DNA of 15,505 nt, taken from IMG/VR virus record IMGVR_UViG_3300028592_000006, positions 64,001 through 79,505 of that record; one strand, 5' to 3'. The notes beneath the pieces were generated by a model. It did not search any database and had not been told where the DNA came from. It saw only the letters and a list, made by a program, of their open reading frames with translations. This document shows positions 7,147 through 14,546 of this stretch, piece by piece (the first letter of the stretch is position 1; each line of letters starts with the position of its first letter). Source of the stretch: a virus. Taxonomy: Duplodnaviria > Heunggongvirae > Uroviricota > Caudoviricetes. A program made the translations under genes and the position numbers.

Positions 7147-8604
7147 TCAGCCAAGAGAGCTGCCGTTCATGATGCGGCCGTCAGGACGGGGCACCGCAAG
7201 GTGACGGATGACAATGCCGTATTCCGGGTTTTCCGGACGGGTGCCGTTGGCCATCACCATCAGGAACTGGCCGAGGTTGCCCAGCGGGTTGTCGGTCTTG
7301 TCCTTGTAGTTCGTCCACTCCGGGGTGCCCATGTAGTTGGTGGCCTCGAAGTTGGCTTGTCCGACCGAGGTGATCGGCTTCGGCACTTCCGAGACGCACA
7401 CGCCCTGGTGGAAGATGTAGCTGTCTTCCCAGGTGGCGATGAGCCACTTCGGGTTCGGCAGCTTCTTCATGGCGGCACCGGAGCCGCTGTAAACGAAGCG
7501 CGGGACCTTGAGCCATGCCGTCCAGCTTGCGGTTGCCGAGACTGCTCCAACGGCGGCACCATCATCGCGGATGACCACGCCGGCTGTTCCGGACGAGGTG
7601 GATTTGACGATGTATTTCACACCGCCAACGATGATCGTCGAGCCCTTGGTGAGCTTGGCTGCATTGGTCGAAGTGGATTCAACCGTGGCAACCGTGATCG
7701 CGTAGGCACCAGTGGTTGCGGTGATTTCAATTTCCTGGGTTGCGGCGGTGAAGGCTTCCCAGCGGTCAACCGTTTCATCCAGCGAGTGGACGAAGCCGTT
7801 GTAGGCCCACTTGGTCCGCATCGAACCGAGCAGCTTCTCGTTCTGGCTCGAGTAGCGGAAGTCCTCGCGGATTTCCGGGTCGGCCATGATCAGGCGGCGC
7901 GATTGGCGTGGCGAGGTGACCAGCGAGTAGGCGATGCCGGAGTTGGCATTGCCCAGCGCATCGCTTCCGGCACCCTGGTGGTTGAGATACTCGTAGATCT
8001 CATCGAGGAAGCCGTTGGTCAGGATCGAGTTGTCGGTGCCGGTGGCGGCCGGGAACACCTGGCGGTCGTAGTAGTCGAGCCCGCTCAGGCTGAAACCGGA
8101 GTCGAGGACCACGAGGTTTCCGGCAATGCGCTTGTATTCGTCGCGCTTGCGGGAAATCCAGTATTCGCGGGTCTGGTCGGACAGCGCCTTGACGCAGGCA
8201 CCCATCTGCTGGGCACGTACGAACTTGTCGCGGAGCTGCTCGACGTTCATCGCAGGACCCCAGACGGACTTCCACTGGAGGTTGTATTCACGCAAGGTCT
8301 GGCCGAAGACGATGTTGTCGGACGGCGGGATGTGGCTGTCGGAGGCAGCGGCCTGGTGGTTGGCGTGGTCGTTGTTGAACGTCACGGCGGTGGCCATGTC
8401 GCTCCAGTCAACCTCGTCGGCTCCGCTCGCGACCATGGCGCGGTCGAACTGGAAGGTCTTCTGGATCGAGGAACGCTCGTCCTTCCAGAATTCCTGGCGG
8501 TAGAGATGAATCCACGGGGTGGGAGCCGCCATCACCTTCTGGTTGATGTCGGTGGAAATGAGAGGGGCTTGTTCGGTAAGCCAGTCGGATACGGTCTGGG
8601 CCAT
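7147..8604 (-). CDS. Major capsid protein
   Basis: 485 aa, in the canonical position after portal and scaffold and followed by a terminator. The N-terminal PWIHLYRQEFWKDE...FQFDR and C-terminal W.NY.D..DNPLG..GQF patterns resemble recalled capsid proteins of uncultured podovirus-like phages. Confidence 0.85.
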   Translation of the reverse strand: MAQTVSDWLTEQAPLISTDINQKVMAAPTPWIHLYRQEFWKDERSSIQKTFQFDRAMVASGADEVDWSDMATAVTFNNDHANHQAAASDSHIPPSDNIVFGQTLREYNLQWKSVWGPAMNVEQLRDKFVRAQQMGACVKALSDQTREYWISRKRDEYKRIAGNLVVLDSGFSLSGLDYYDRQVFPAATGTDNSILTNGFLDEIYEYLNHQGAGSDALGNANSGIAYSLVTSPRQSRRLIMADPEIREDFRYSSQNEKLLGSMRTKWAYNGFVHSLDETVDRWEAFTAATQEIEITATTGAYAITVATVESTSTNAAKLTKGSTIIVGGVKYIVKSTSSGTAGVVIRDDGAAVGAVSATASWTAWLKVPRFVYSGSGAAMKKLPNPKWLIATWEDSYIFHQGVCVSEVPKPITSVGQANFEATNYMGTPEWTNYKDKTDNPLGNLGQFLMVMANGTRPENPEYGIVIRHLAVPRPDGRIMNGSSLG

Positions 8605-8733
8605 GGGAGTGGTGCGCTACGGCGCGGGTGTTCTTGTTTGGTTGGGGTCCGGAGCTCACGGGGAGCTGCCTGAAGACAAAGCGGAGCCTCTTGCGGGGCT
8701 GCTGACGGATTTGACTAGGACCGGCTTCGCGCC

Positions 8734-8811
8734 AGAACGGGCGGCTGATGAGAGGATTTAGAACCCGACCAGCTCAGGTTCGCAGTCCTTGTATCACCAG
8801 CCACCCGCTCC
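8734..8811 (-). ncRNA. Long RNA hairpin in the capsid-gene leader (cis-regulatory or processing element)
   Basis: GGAGCGGGUGGCUGGUGA (8811-8794) pairs over all 18 nt with UCAUCAGCCGCCCGUUCU (8751-8734), including G.U pairs. It encloses AGGA/UCCU and GAACCUGA/UCGGGUUC stems and a GCUGG loop. Confidence 0.65.
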
Positions 8812-8875
8812 CTGCTAGATAATTCGTTCAGAAATCCTGAACAATTGTTTAGCCGTAGCTAACACCCTGCATGCC

Positions 8876-10132
8876 TTACCGCAGGTCGGCTGCCATCATC
8901 GCCTCCATGAAGGTCTTCGGCTTGTCATCGGTCTTCGGCTGCGGGCCACCCAATGACTCGCCCGGCTTCGGGCGTGCCTGCACTTCCTTGCCGTCAGCCT
9001 TGTCCCGCTCGGCCAATTCACGGGTGACCGCATTGAGCTTCTTCATCACGAACGGCAGAACCGTGCCGGCGAAAGCGGCGAATGCCTGGTCCTTGGCGCG
9101 GCTCTTCGAGAAGTCGATGGAAAGACCCTTCGCCACCATCTTCCTATAATCCTCGGTTTCTTTGCCGTCTTCGGCCAGGCCGGGGATCATGTCCTTGTAT
9201 TTGCTCCAGATGTCCTTCTGAAGCGTTTGGGTGGTTGCCCGCTGCTCCTCGATCAGCTTGTTGGTTTCCTCGATGCGCTTGGCCTCCTGCTTCTCCAGCA
9301 GGGTTTCGGCATCCGCCAGCATTACCGCATGCTTCTGCTTGAAGCCCTCGAAGTCCTGGGCCATCCGATAGACCGAGTGCCGGTCGAAGTCGGTGAAGGA
9401 TTCCGGCAGGTGCTCCTTGATCAGCTCGTTCTGCTTCTTGCGGTCGCCCTCCTTGATGATCGCCCGGAGGATGCCGGTGTCCATCTCGTAGGACTCGGAC
9501 AGCTTGTCGGCCAACTCGAACAACTTGGCGGCTGGCTCGACCACCTGAATGCGGTAGTCGTCGGACTGCTTCATCTTCACCTCCGCGGAAACCGATGACA
9601 TCTCCTCGATGCGCTGGCGCAGGCCGTCGATTTCCTGGGCCTTGGTGCGCAGGGTCTCAAGCTCCTTCTTGGTCTCCTCGGGGATGACGGTGACAGGTTC
9701 CGCCTTCTCGGCCTTCTTGAACTCCTTGAGCTGGTTGCGCAGCTCCTTGAACTTGTCGCCCTGATGGCGGCCCATTCCCTTCTCCAGCTCGGCTGTTTCC
9801 TTGTCGAAGGCGGTCTCGTCGAAGGAAGGCTTTTCATCCTCCTTCTTCTCTTCCTTCACTTCCTCCTTGGTCTCGGTGTCGCCAAAGAAGTCCTCATCCA
9901 TCAGGGGTTCTTCATTGGTCTCCTGCTTGGTTTCCTTGGCCGGCTCCTCCTTGGCGGGCTCGGCTTTGGTCTCTTTTGCCGGTTCCGGCTCGAATGGCTT
10001 CGGCTGAAAGTCATTGGTGAAGTCGATCTCGTCCATGGCAGCGAGGATGCCCTTGCCAGTGGGGTCGGCCCAATTCTGGGCGGCCATGTGGTTCTCGGTT
10101 GCGGTGTTTCCTTCGGTGTTTTCGTCGCTCAT
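8876..10132 (-). CDS. Capsid scaffolding protein
   Basis: 418 aa, E/K-rich, with a low-complexity N-terminus (EPAKE repeats) and long predicted coiled coil. Sits immediately upstream of the MCP. Confidence 0.8.
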   Translation of the reverse strand: MSDENTEGNTATENHMAAQNWADPTGKGILAAMDEIDFTNDFQPKPFEPEPAKETKAEPAKEEPAKETKQETNEEPLMDEDFFGDTETKEEVKEEKKEDEKPSFDETAFDKETAELEKGMGRHQGDKFKELRNQLKEFKKAEKAEPVTVIPEETKKELETLRTKAQEIDGLRQRIEEMSSVSAEVKMKQSDDYRIQVVEPAAKLFELADKLSESYEMDTGILRAIIKEGDRKKQNELIKEHLPESFTDFDRHSVYRMAQDFEGFKQKHAVMLADAETLLEKQEAKRIEETNKLIEEQRATTQTLQKDIWSKYKDMIPGLAEDGKETEDYRKMVAKGLSIDFSKSRAKDQAFAAFAGTVLPFVMKKLNAVTRELAERDKADGKEVQARPKPGESLGGPQPKTDDKPKTFMEAMMAADLR

Positions 10133-10150
10133 CGTTTTCTCTTGGTTGGT

Positions 10151-10552
10151 TTACTGCTCGAAAGAGGAGGGCAGGACGCCATCGGGCACCCGTTTGGCAG
10201 GTAGTGACCGGACACCCTCCAAAAGCGCCTTCACGACGCGATGGCGGCCATCTATGAGTCTTCCACGGTTGTCCATGATCACCGGGTCGCTCAGGTCCGC
10301 CTGTTGGACGTGGAGCATGTGTTCGGCGAACTCGACCAGGTCCGCGCACTTGAAATCGTGGTCGCTAAGTGGAATGAGGCTCAAAGGAAGGTCGAACACA
10401 GGTTCATTCTCCACCGCCGTGCGCAGGTCGCGCACCGTCCACACCCGCCCCCCGTAGGAGCTGACCTTCTCGTTGCCGGCATGCCACTTGCGTCCGATCA
10501 CCGGTGGCGCGGGAAAGGCATCCGGCTTGGCAGGTTTGGTCTTCTTACTCAT
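10151..10552 (-). CDS. Stand-alone ParB/sulfiredoxin N-terminal-like domain protein
   Basis: PVIMDNRGRLIDGRHRVVKALLEG matches the ParB-N DGxHR signature; ATGA overlap with the upstream gene. Confidence 0.75.
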   Translation of the reverse strand: MSKKTKPAKPDAFPAPPVIGRKWHAGNEKVSSYGGRVWTVRDLRTAVENEPVFDLPLSLIPLSDHDFKCADLVEFAEHMLHVQQADLSDPVIMDNRGRLIDGRHRVVKALLEGVRSLPAKRVPDGVLPSSFEQ

Positions 10553-10818
10553 CCCTTGTTCTGCTCGTGCTGGCGGGCCACCACCGCGTCGTAGCGGCCA
10601 CGTTCACCCTCGAAGCCGTTCTGGTAGGACGTGTGCTCGCGAAGCCATTCGGTAATCATCCCTTCCACCGCGTGCCGGTTGCCGGCAAAGCCTGTCATGG
10701 TGTGGGTGTCCTCGCTGTCATCGACGTAGCAGGCGGTGATGAACACCCCCTCGAAGCCAAGCTCGCGGAGTTCCTTGGTCGCCTTGACGATGGCGCGGGC
10801 GCGTTTGTCGGTGTCCAT
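10549..10818 (-). CDS. Hypothetical protein
   Basis: 89 aa, coupled by overlap to both neighbours, with GC3-rich codon use. Confidence 0.75.
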   Translation of the reverse strand: MDTDKRARAIVKATKELRELGFEGVFITACYVDDSEDTHTMTGFAGNRHAVEGMITEWLREHTSYQNGFEGERGRYDAVVARQHEQNKG

Positions 10819-11069
10819 CAGGCGCGGTGGTTGAGGCGGGCCGGTTTGGGTGCAGGTTCACGGGTTTCCCCTGCCTGCTTGAACAAGGCGCTCAGGACAG
10901 CCGTGGAGCCCTCCTTGTAGGCATTGGCCAGTGCATTGGCCTCGAGCCCTTCGGCTCCCGCCTTGAGCCTCCAGACCTCCCCCAACGCGTTGTCCATGGC
11001 TTCGCGGAACAGGTGGTTGTTGAGCAACCCCCGCAGGGTTGCCTTCTGTTCGTCGTTGAACGTGCTCAT
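10818..11069 (-). CDS. Small helical protein downstream of the portal (head-assembly accessory, Bbp19-like position)
   Basis: 83 aa, predicted helical; located where podovirus-like phages usually have a small gene between portal and scaffold. Confidence 0.65.
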   Translation of the reverse strand: MSTFNDEQKATLRGLLNNHLFREAMDNALGEVWRLKAGAEGLEANALANAYKEGSTAVLSALFKQAGETREPAPKPARLNHRA

Positions 11070-11084
11070 GAATTAGTTGAAGCT

Positions 11085-11102
11085 AAAACCGGCCTTGCCG
11101 GT
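11085..11102 (-). terminator. Weak terminator-like hairpin after the portal stop
   Basis: Minus strand: ACCGGC-AAG-GCCGGT followed by TTT. Short stem and short U tract. Confidence 0.3.
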
Positions 11103-13477
11103 CAGTTGATTCCCGACTGCTTGGCAGCGGCGGCCTTGGCGCGAAGCTCGGCTTCCTGTGCCGCAATCTTCGCAATCGACTCCTGCGCGGCCAAAACCAT
11201 CTTGGACTCGGAGGCTGCCCGGCCAGCTTCCAAGCGTGCCAGGTCGGCCTTGATCTGGAATGCCGCCTTCTCGGCATTGATCCGCATGTCCTGCTGGTGT
11301 TTTTCCTCCTTGTGGCGCAACTCTTGTTCGCCCTTGGCGGCTTCCTGCTGGGCCTGCGGGTCCACCTCTCCTTGCTGCCCTTGCTCGCGGGCCAGCTTGT
11401 TGAGGTGCTTCATGCCGTTGACCACCAGCTCGCCGATCTGCTGGACGCGCTGGCGATACGAGTTGAGTTCCGGCACCAGCGTCTCATGCACCGTCGCCAT
11501 CTCGAGTGTGGCAACGCAGTGGCGGTAGATCTGCTGGTTCTCGATGGTCCACTGGCCAAGGTCCAAACGACCCTCATCCACGTCCTTGAGGGCCACTTCC
11601 AGCTCGTCGATGTGCACACCAAGGTGGGTCATGTGGTCCTCTCCGTCGTCCGGATCGACGTAGTCGCCTTCCAGCATCTCGAGGTTCTCCAGCTTGGCGA
11701 TCTTGTGATCCACCGGCAGGCGCTTCTCATCCGGCTTGCCAAGGTAGCGGTTGGCCTTGTCCACCCCGAGCAATTCGACCAGGTAGTCGTAGACGAAGTT
11801 CTTCCGTCCGATGGCATCCATTTCCGAGAACATCTGGGAGACCTGGTCCAGCAGCATGATGCGCGAGGCGCGGGAGCCGGTGCCGATGATGCGGCTGGCC
11901 TTGACCCGCTTCACGTCAATCTTGCCGAAGACTTCCGGAGGAACCCCGCGTGCAATGCAGCGGTCCTTCATCTCCTTGACCCGTTTGGCCGCTTCCTTGT
12001 CCTTCTGTGGCACCTGGAAGGCGCGGCGGACCTTCTCGCGGGTAAGCTTGTCCAGGGGGCCGTAGAACAACGAGATGGCAAAGCTGTTGAGCTTGTTGAT
12101 GTAGTCCAGCTTGCTCGAAATCTCGAGCTTGGTCTGGCGGTCCTTGTCGTCCTGCAACATCATCGAGCCGGAAGCCAGCCCGCCGGTCGCACGGTTGAGG
12201 ATGTTCCGGGATTCATTGATCGCCGGGATGATGGCCCGGTTCAGGTCGATGCCCACCTGCCGCTCCGGCAGCTTCATGGTCGGCGGGATGGCGATGCCGG
12301 CACCGAAATCAATCAAGGTCATGTCTTGCTCGTCCTCGACCGTCGCAGGCTGGACGATCAGCGAGGAGCCCACCCGGGCGTTGTCCAGCAGCTTGCAATG
12401 CATGATGTCCATCGCGTTGCACAACTGGAAGATCAGGTAGCCCAGCCCCCGGACGGTGTAGAGCTTGCCACCGTTGCCCACCGAGAACGGGAAGATTTGG
12501 AACGCCTGGTCCGCCGAGTCGTAGTAGTCGCGCTCGCGGAACAGGAATTCCTCCTTGCTGCTGCCGCGGATGTATTCCTGCTGGCAGGCCCGGCGCAGGG
12601 CGATGTAGTAGCTGATTTTCTTCGAGGAAAGCTCCTGAACCCACACGTGGATCACCTCGATGGGGTCACAGATGTTCTCGACGTAAAGCTCGTTGGCCTT
12701 GATGTCGCGCTGGATCGACTCGTAGTTGTCCCAGTCGGGCTTCTTCTTGGAAGCCGTGTTGGTCATGGCCGACATGATGGCGTTGTCGTTCCATCCCTTG
12801 GCTCCCATCTTGCGGTAGAGCTGCGGCAAGGTGTAGGTGCCCAGCGCGCAGCACAGCTCGATCTTGGAGGAAACAATGCCCGATGAACGGGGGAACTTGA
12901 AGCGGTCCAGCCCGGCCGCATTGTATTGCATCGACTCCTTGTCGTCGAAGTAGCCGATCCCGACCCCGTGGGTGACGTAGATGTCGGCCAGCTCCAGGTG
13001 GGTCGGCATCGAAGCATCGTCCGACCGGTCCATGGTCGTGTATTCCTCGGCCATGATCAGCGACCAGGTCTCAGCCCAGGTAGGGTCCACGTCGCTGGTC
13101 AGCGGGATGTCAGCAAGAACCTTGGGATTGGTGTAGATGTCGACGTAGGCGGCCACCGCCTCATTCTTGATCGCCGGTCCTTCGCCGGTGGTGATGTTGA
13201 AGCGGTCGGACTGGCCCTTGTTCTCCAGCTCCGCGTCATCATGGGGAGGAACGAAGTCCATCAGCCCTTGCACCAGCGCCCGGTTCTTCGAGCCCGGACC
13301 ATCGGCATCCTCGAGGGTCTGGTAGATGGCGCGGGCGGCCTCCGGCGAGGTCAGGCGCTCGTCAGGCACCTCGTAAGAGCCATCGGGTTCAACGCAAACG
13401 CCCTTGAGTTCATCAAGGGCTTGTTCGGAGTCGGAGAATAAGGAGGACATCTCGTTGGTCTTGGCTAATTCAGGCAT
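11102..13477 (-). CDS. Portal protein (P22-like, long C-terminal helical barrel)
   Basis: 791 aa and upstream of scaffold and MCP. It has the DHMTHLGVH motif recalled from P22-like portals and a Q/A/E-rich helical C-terminus. Confidence 0.85.
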   Translation of the reverse strand: MPELAKTNEMSSLFSDSEQALDELKGVCVEPDGSYEVPDERLTSPEAARAIYQTLEDADGPGSKNRALVQGLMDFVPPHDDAELENKGQSDRFNITTGEGPAIKNEAVAAYVDIYTNPKVLADIPLTSDVDPTWAETWSLIMAEEYTTMDRSDDASMPTHLELADIYVTHGVGIGYFDDKESMQYNAAGLDRFKFPRSSGIVSSKIELCCALGTYTLPQLYRKMGAKGWNDNAIMSAMTNTASKKKPDWDNYESIQRDIKANELYVENICDPIEVIHVWVQELSSKKISYYIALRRACQQEYIRGSSKEEFLFRERDYYDSADQAFQIFPFSVGNGGKLYTVRGLGYLIFQLCNAMDIMHCKLLDNARVGSSLIVQPATVEDEQDMTLIDFGAGIAIPPTMKLPERQVGIDLNRAIIPAINESRNILNRATGGLASGSMMLQDDKDRQTKLEISSKLDYINKLNSFAISLFYGPLDKLTREKVRRAFQVPQKDKEAAKRVKEMKDRCIARGVPPEVFGKIDVKRVKASRIIGTGSRASRIMLLDQVSQMFSEMDAIGRKNFVYDYLVELLGVDKANRYLGKPDEKRLPVDHKIAKLENLEMLEGDYVDPDDGEDHMTHLGVHIDELEVALKDVDEGRLDLGQWTIENQQIYRHCVATLEMATVHETLVPELNSYRQRVQQIGELVVNGMKHLNKLAREQGQQGEVDPQAQQEAAKGEQELRHKEEKHQQDMRINAEKAAFQIKADLARLEAGRAASESKMVLAAQESIAKIAAQEAELRAKAAAAKQSGIN

Positions 13478-13616
13478 CGAGAAACTCGCGCCACAGGTAG
13501 CGGCAGATGGCTTGGAAGCGTCCCTGCATGACCACCGAGCCGCGATGGACGAGGGAGTAGGAGCCAGACGAGTGCTTGATCACCCGGGTCTGGTCCTGCT
13601 TCCACACCGTCTTCAT
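13470..13616 (-). CDS. Small hypothetical protein (48 aa)
   Basis: MKTVWKQDQTRVIKHSSGSYSLVHRGSVVMQGRFQAICRYLWREFLDA*. It starts in a TGATG overlap with the upstream stop and overlaps the portal ATG by 8 nt. In the track it is hidden as the tail of spurious ORF 13470..14303. Confidence 0.7.
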   Translation of the reverse strand: MKTVWKQDQTRVIKHSSGSYSLVHRGSVVMQGRFQAICRYLWREFLDA

Positions 13617-14296
13617 CAGACAATCTGGCGAACCAGGGTGAAGGCAGGATTGACGTTGACCACGATGCCGGTCGGATCTGCCACCGTGATCGCCACGTTG
13701 ATCTCCGGGTGGGAGCCGCAGTTGATGCCGGTCTTCTCGCCTGCGGCGGTCAGCGATAGGGCGCTGGTCGAGTATGGCTGGCCGGTAACGGTCTTGGAGG
13801 CAACCCCGGCGGTGGTGTTCGTGCTGGTGGCTGCGGCGGTCACTCCGAGGCCGGCGGGGATGGCCAGGTTGCACTCGGGATCGTTGGCTCGCTTGTGGCC
13901 GTATTCGTCGGCCTTGGCGGTGATGACCACGTCCTCGGTGGAGGTGGTGGCAGTCCAGCTCGCGGCAAACTGCGCGTTGGCATTGAGCGCGTCCTTGATG
14001 GCGGTGGCAATCAGCGCGGCGGTGGTGTGGTCTGCCAGGGTGAGGGCTACCGGGATACTCAAACTCGGGGTCTTCGCCGAGTTGAACACCACGGTGAGGA
14101 TTCCTGCGGAAGTGGCACCCGCGGCGGCAACGACGGTGGCGGTCTCGACCTGGGCGGTGCCAGCGGCAATCACGTCGTTCAGGTATTGCAGCGTCAGGGT
14201 TGAGCCATTGAAGGTCCCGGTGGCCGATAGCGTGTAGGTGGCCCCGATGGGGACCGGGAAGCGGTAGTTGCCCTGCTTGGTGATGGCTTTCTGCAT
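13616..14296 (-). CDS. Beta-rich virion structural protein
   Basis: 226 aa, very A/T/V-rich, with phage structural-protein-like segments (TLSATGTFNGSTLTLQY; AALIATAIKDALNAN). Confidence 0.7.
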   Translation of the reverse strand: MQKAITKQGNYRFPVPIGATYTLSATGTFNGSTLTLQYLNDVIAAGTAQVETATVVAAAGATSAGILTVVFNSAKTPSLSIPVALTLADHTTAALIATAIKDALNANAQFAASWTATTSTEDVVITAKADEYGHKRANDPECNLAIPAGLGVTAAATSTNTTAGVASKTVTGQPYSTSALSLTAAGEKTGINCGSHPEINVAITVADPTGIVVNVNPAFTLVRQIV

Positions 14297-14304
14297 GCCC
14301 CACC

Positions 14305-14338
14305 CATAAACCTTAGACGGTCATAAATGTCAAGATTG
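14305..14338 (-). promoter_or_regulatory. Possible promoter/operator upstream of the head operon
   Basis: Perfect TTGACA at 14333-14328 on the minus strand, but no convincing -10 at 16-18 nt spacing. It overlaps a CAATCTTGACATT motif that recurs at 14866-14878. Confidence 0.35.
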
Positions 14339-14363
14339 CCTGACCTAGCAACAGGAATGGAAG

Positions 14364-14459
14364 TCTGGACGGTGGGATTCGAACCCACGGAGAACCCACA
14401 CTTAGGGCTCTCACCCGATTCCAAGTCGGGCACCTTTAACCAAGCTCGGTCACGTCCAG
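14364..14459 (-). tRNA. tRNA with UGG (Pro) anticodon and a long class II variable arm (96 nt, no encoded CCA)
   Basis: Acceptor CTGGACG/CGTCCAG with A73; D stem ACC/GGT; anticodon arm CCCGA-CTTGGAA-TCGGG; variable arm GAGAGCCC-TAAGTGT-GGGTTCTC; T arm GTGGG-TTCGAAT-CCCAC. The amino acid charged is uncertain. Confidence 0.85.
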
Positions 14460-14466
14460 ATTGAAG

Positions 14467-14538
14467 CGCCTCCCCAAGGAATCGAACCTCGATTTTCCGG
14501 TTCGTAGCCGGATGTCCTGTCCGTTGGACGAGGAAGGC
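14467..14538 (-). tRNA. trnR: tRNA-Arg(ACG)
   Basis: Acceptor GCCTTCC/GGGAGGC; anticodon arm TCCGG-CTACGAA-CCGGA; T loop TTCGATT; A20 present; no encoded CCA. Confidence 0.92.
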
Positions 14539-14546
14539 TGGAAAGT

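Noticed and set aside
7064-7160. Possible T7 10A/10B-style frameshift or readthrough extension of the capsid protein
   Set aside because: No slippery heptamer is visible before the stop, and a terminator hairpin follows directly.
7135-8673. 512-aa plus-strand ORF
   Set aside because: Antisense shadow spanning the capsid gene almost exactly; expected from its codon bias.
8745-8845. Plus-strand CTGATGAG plus AGGATTT/AAATCCT suggesting a hammerhead ribozyme
   Set aside because: The core register does not fit (GAAC instead of GAAA, no proper 10.1-11.1 pair, no stems I and III), and the G.U evidence favours the minus-strand fold.
11297-12886. 529-aa plus-strand ORF (also 12926..13441)
   Set aside because: Antisense shadow of the GC3-rich portal gene, with no recognisable motif.
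13617-14303. N-terminal part of track ORF 13470..14303 (277 aa)
   Set aside because: Alternate-frame shadow of the 226-aa gene (R/H/P-rich). Only its last 48 codons look like a real gene.
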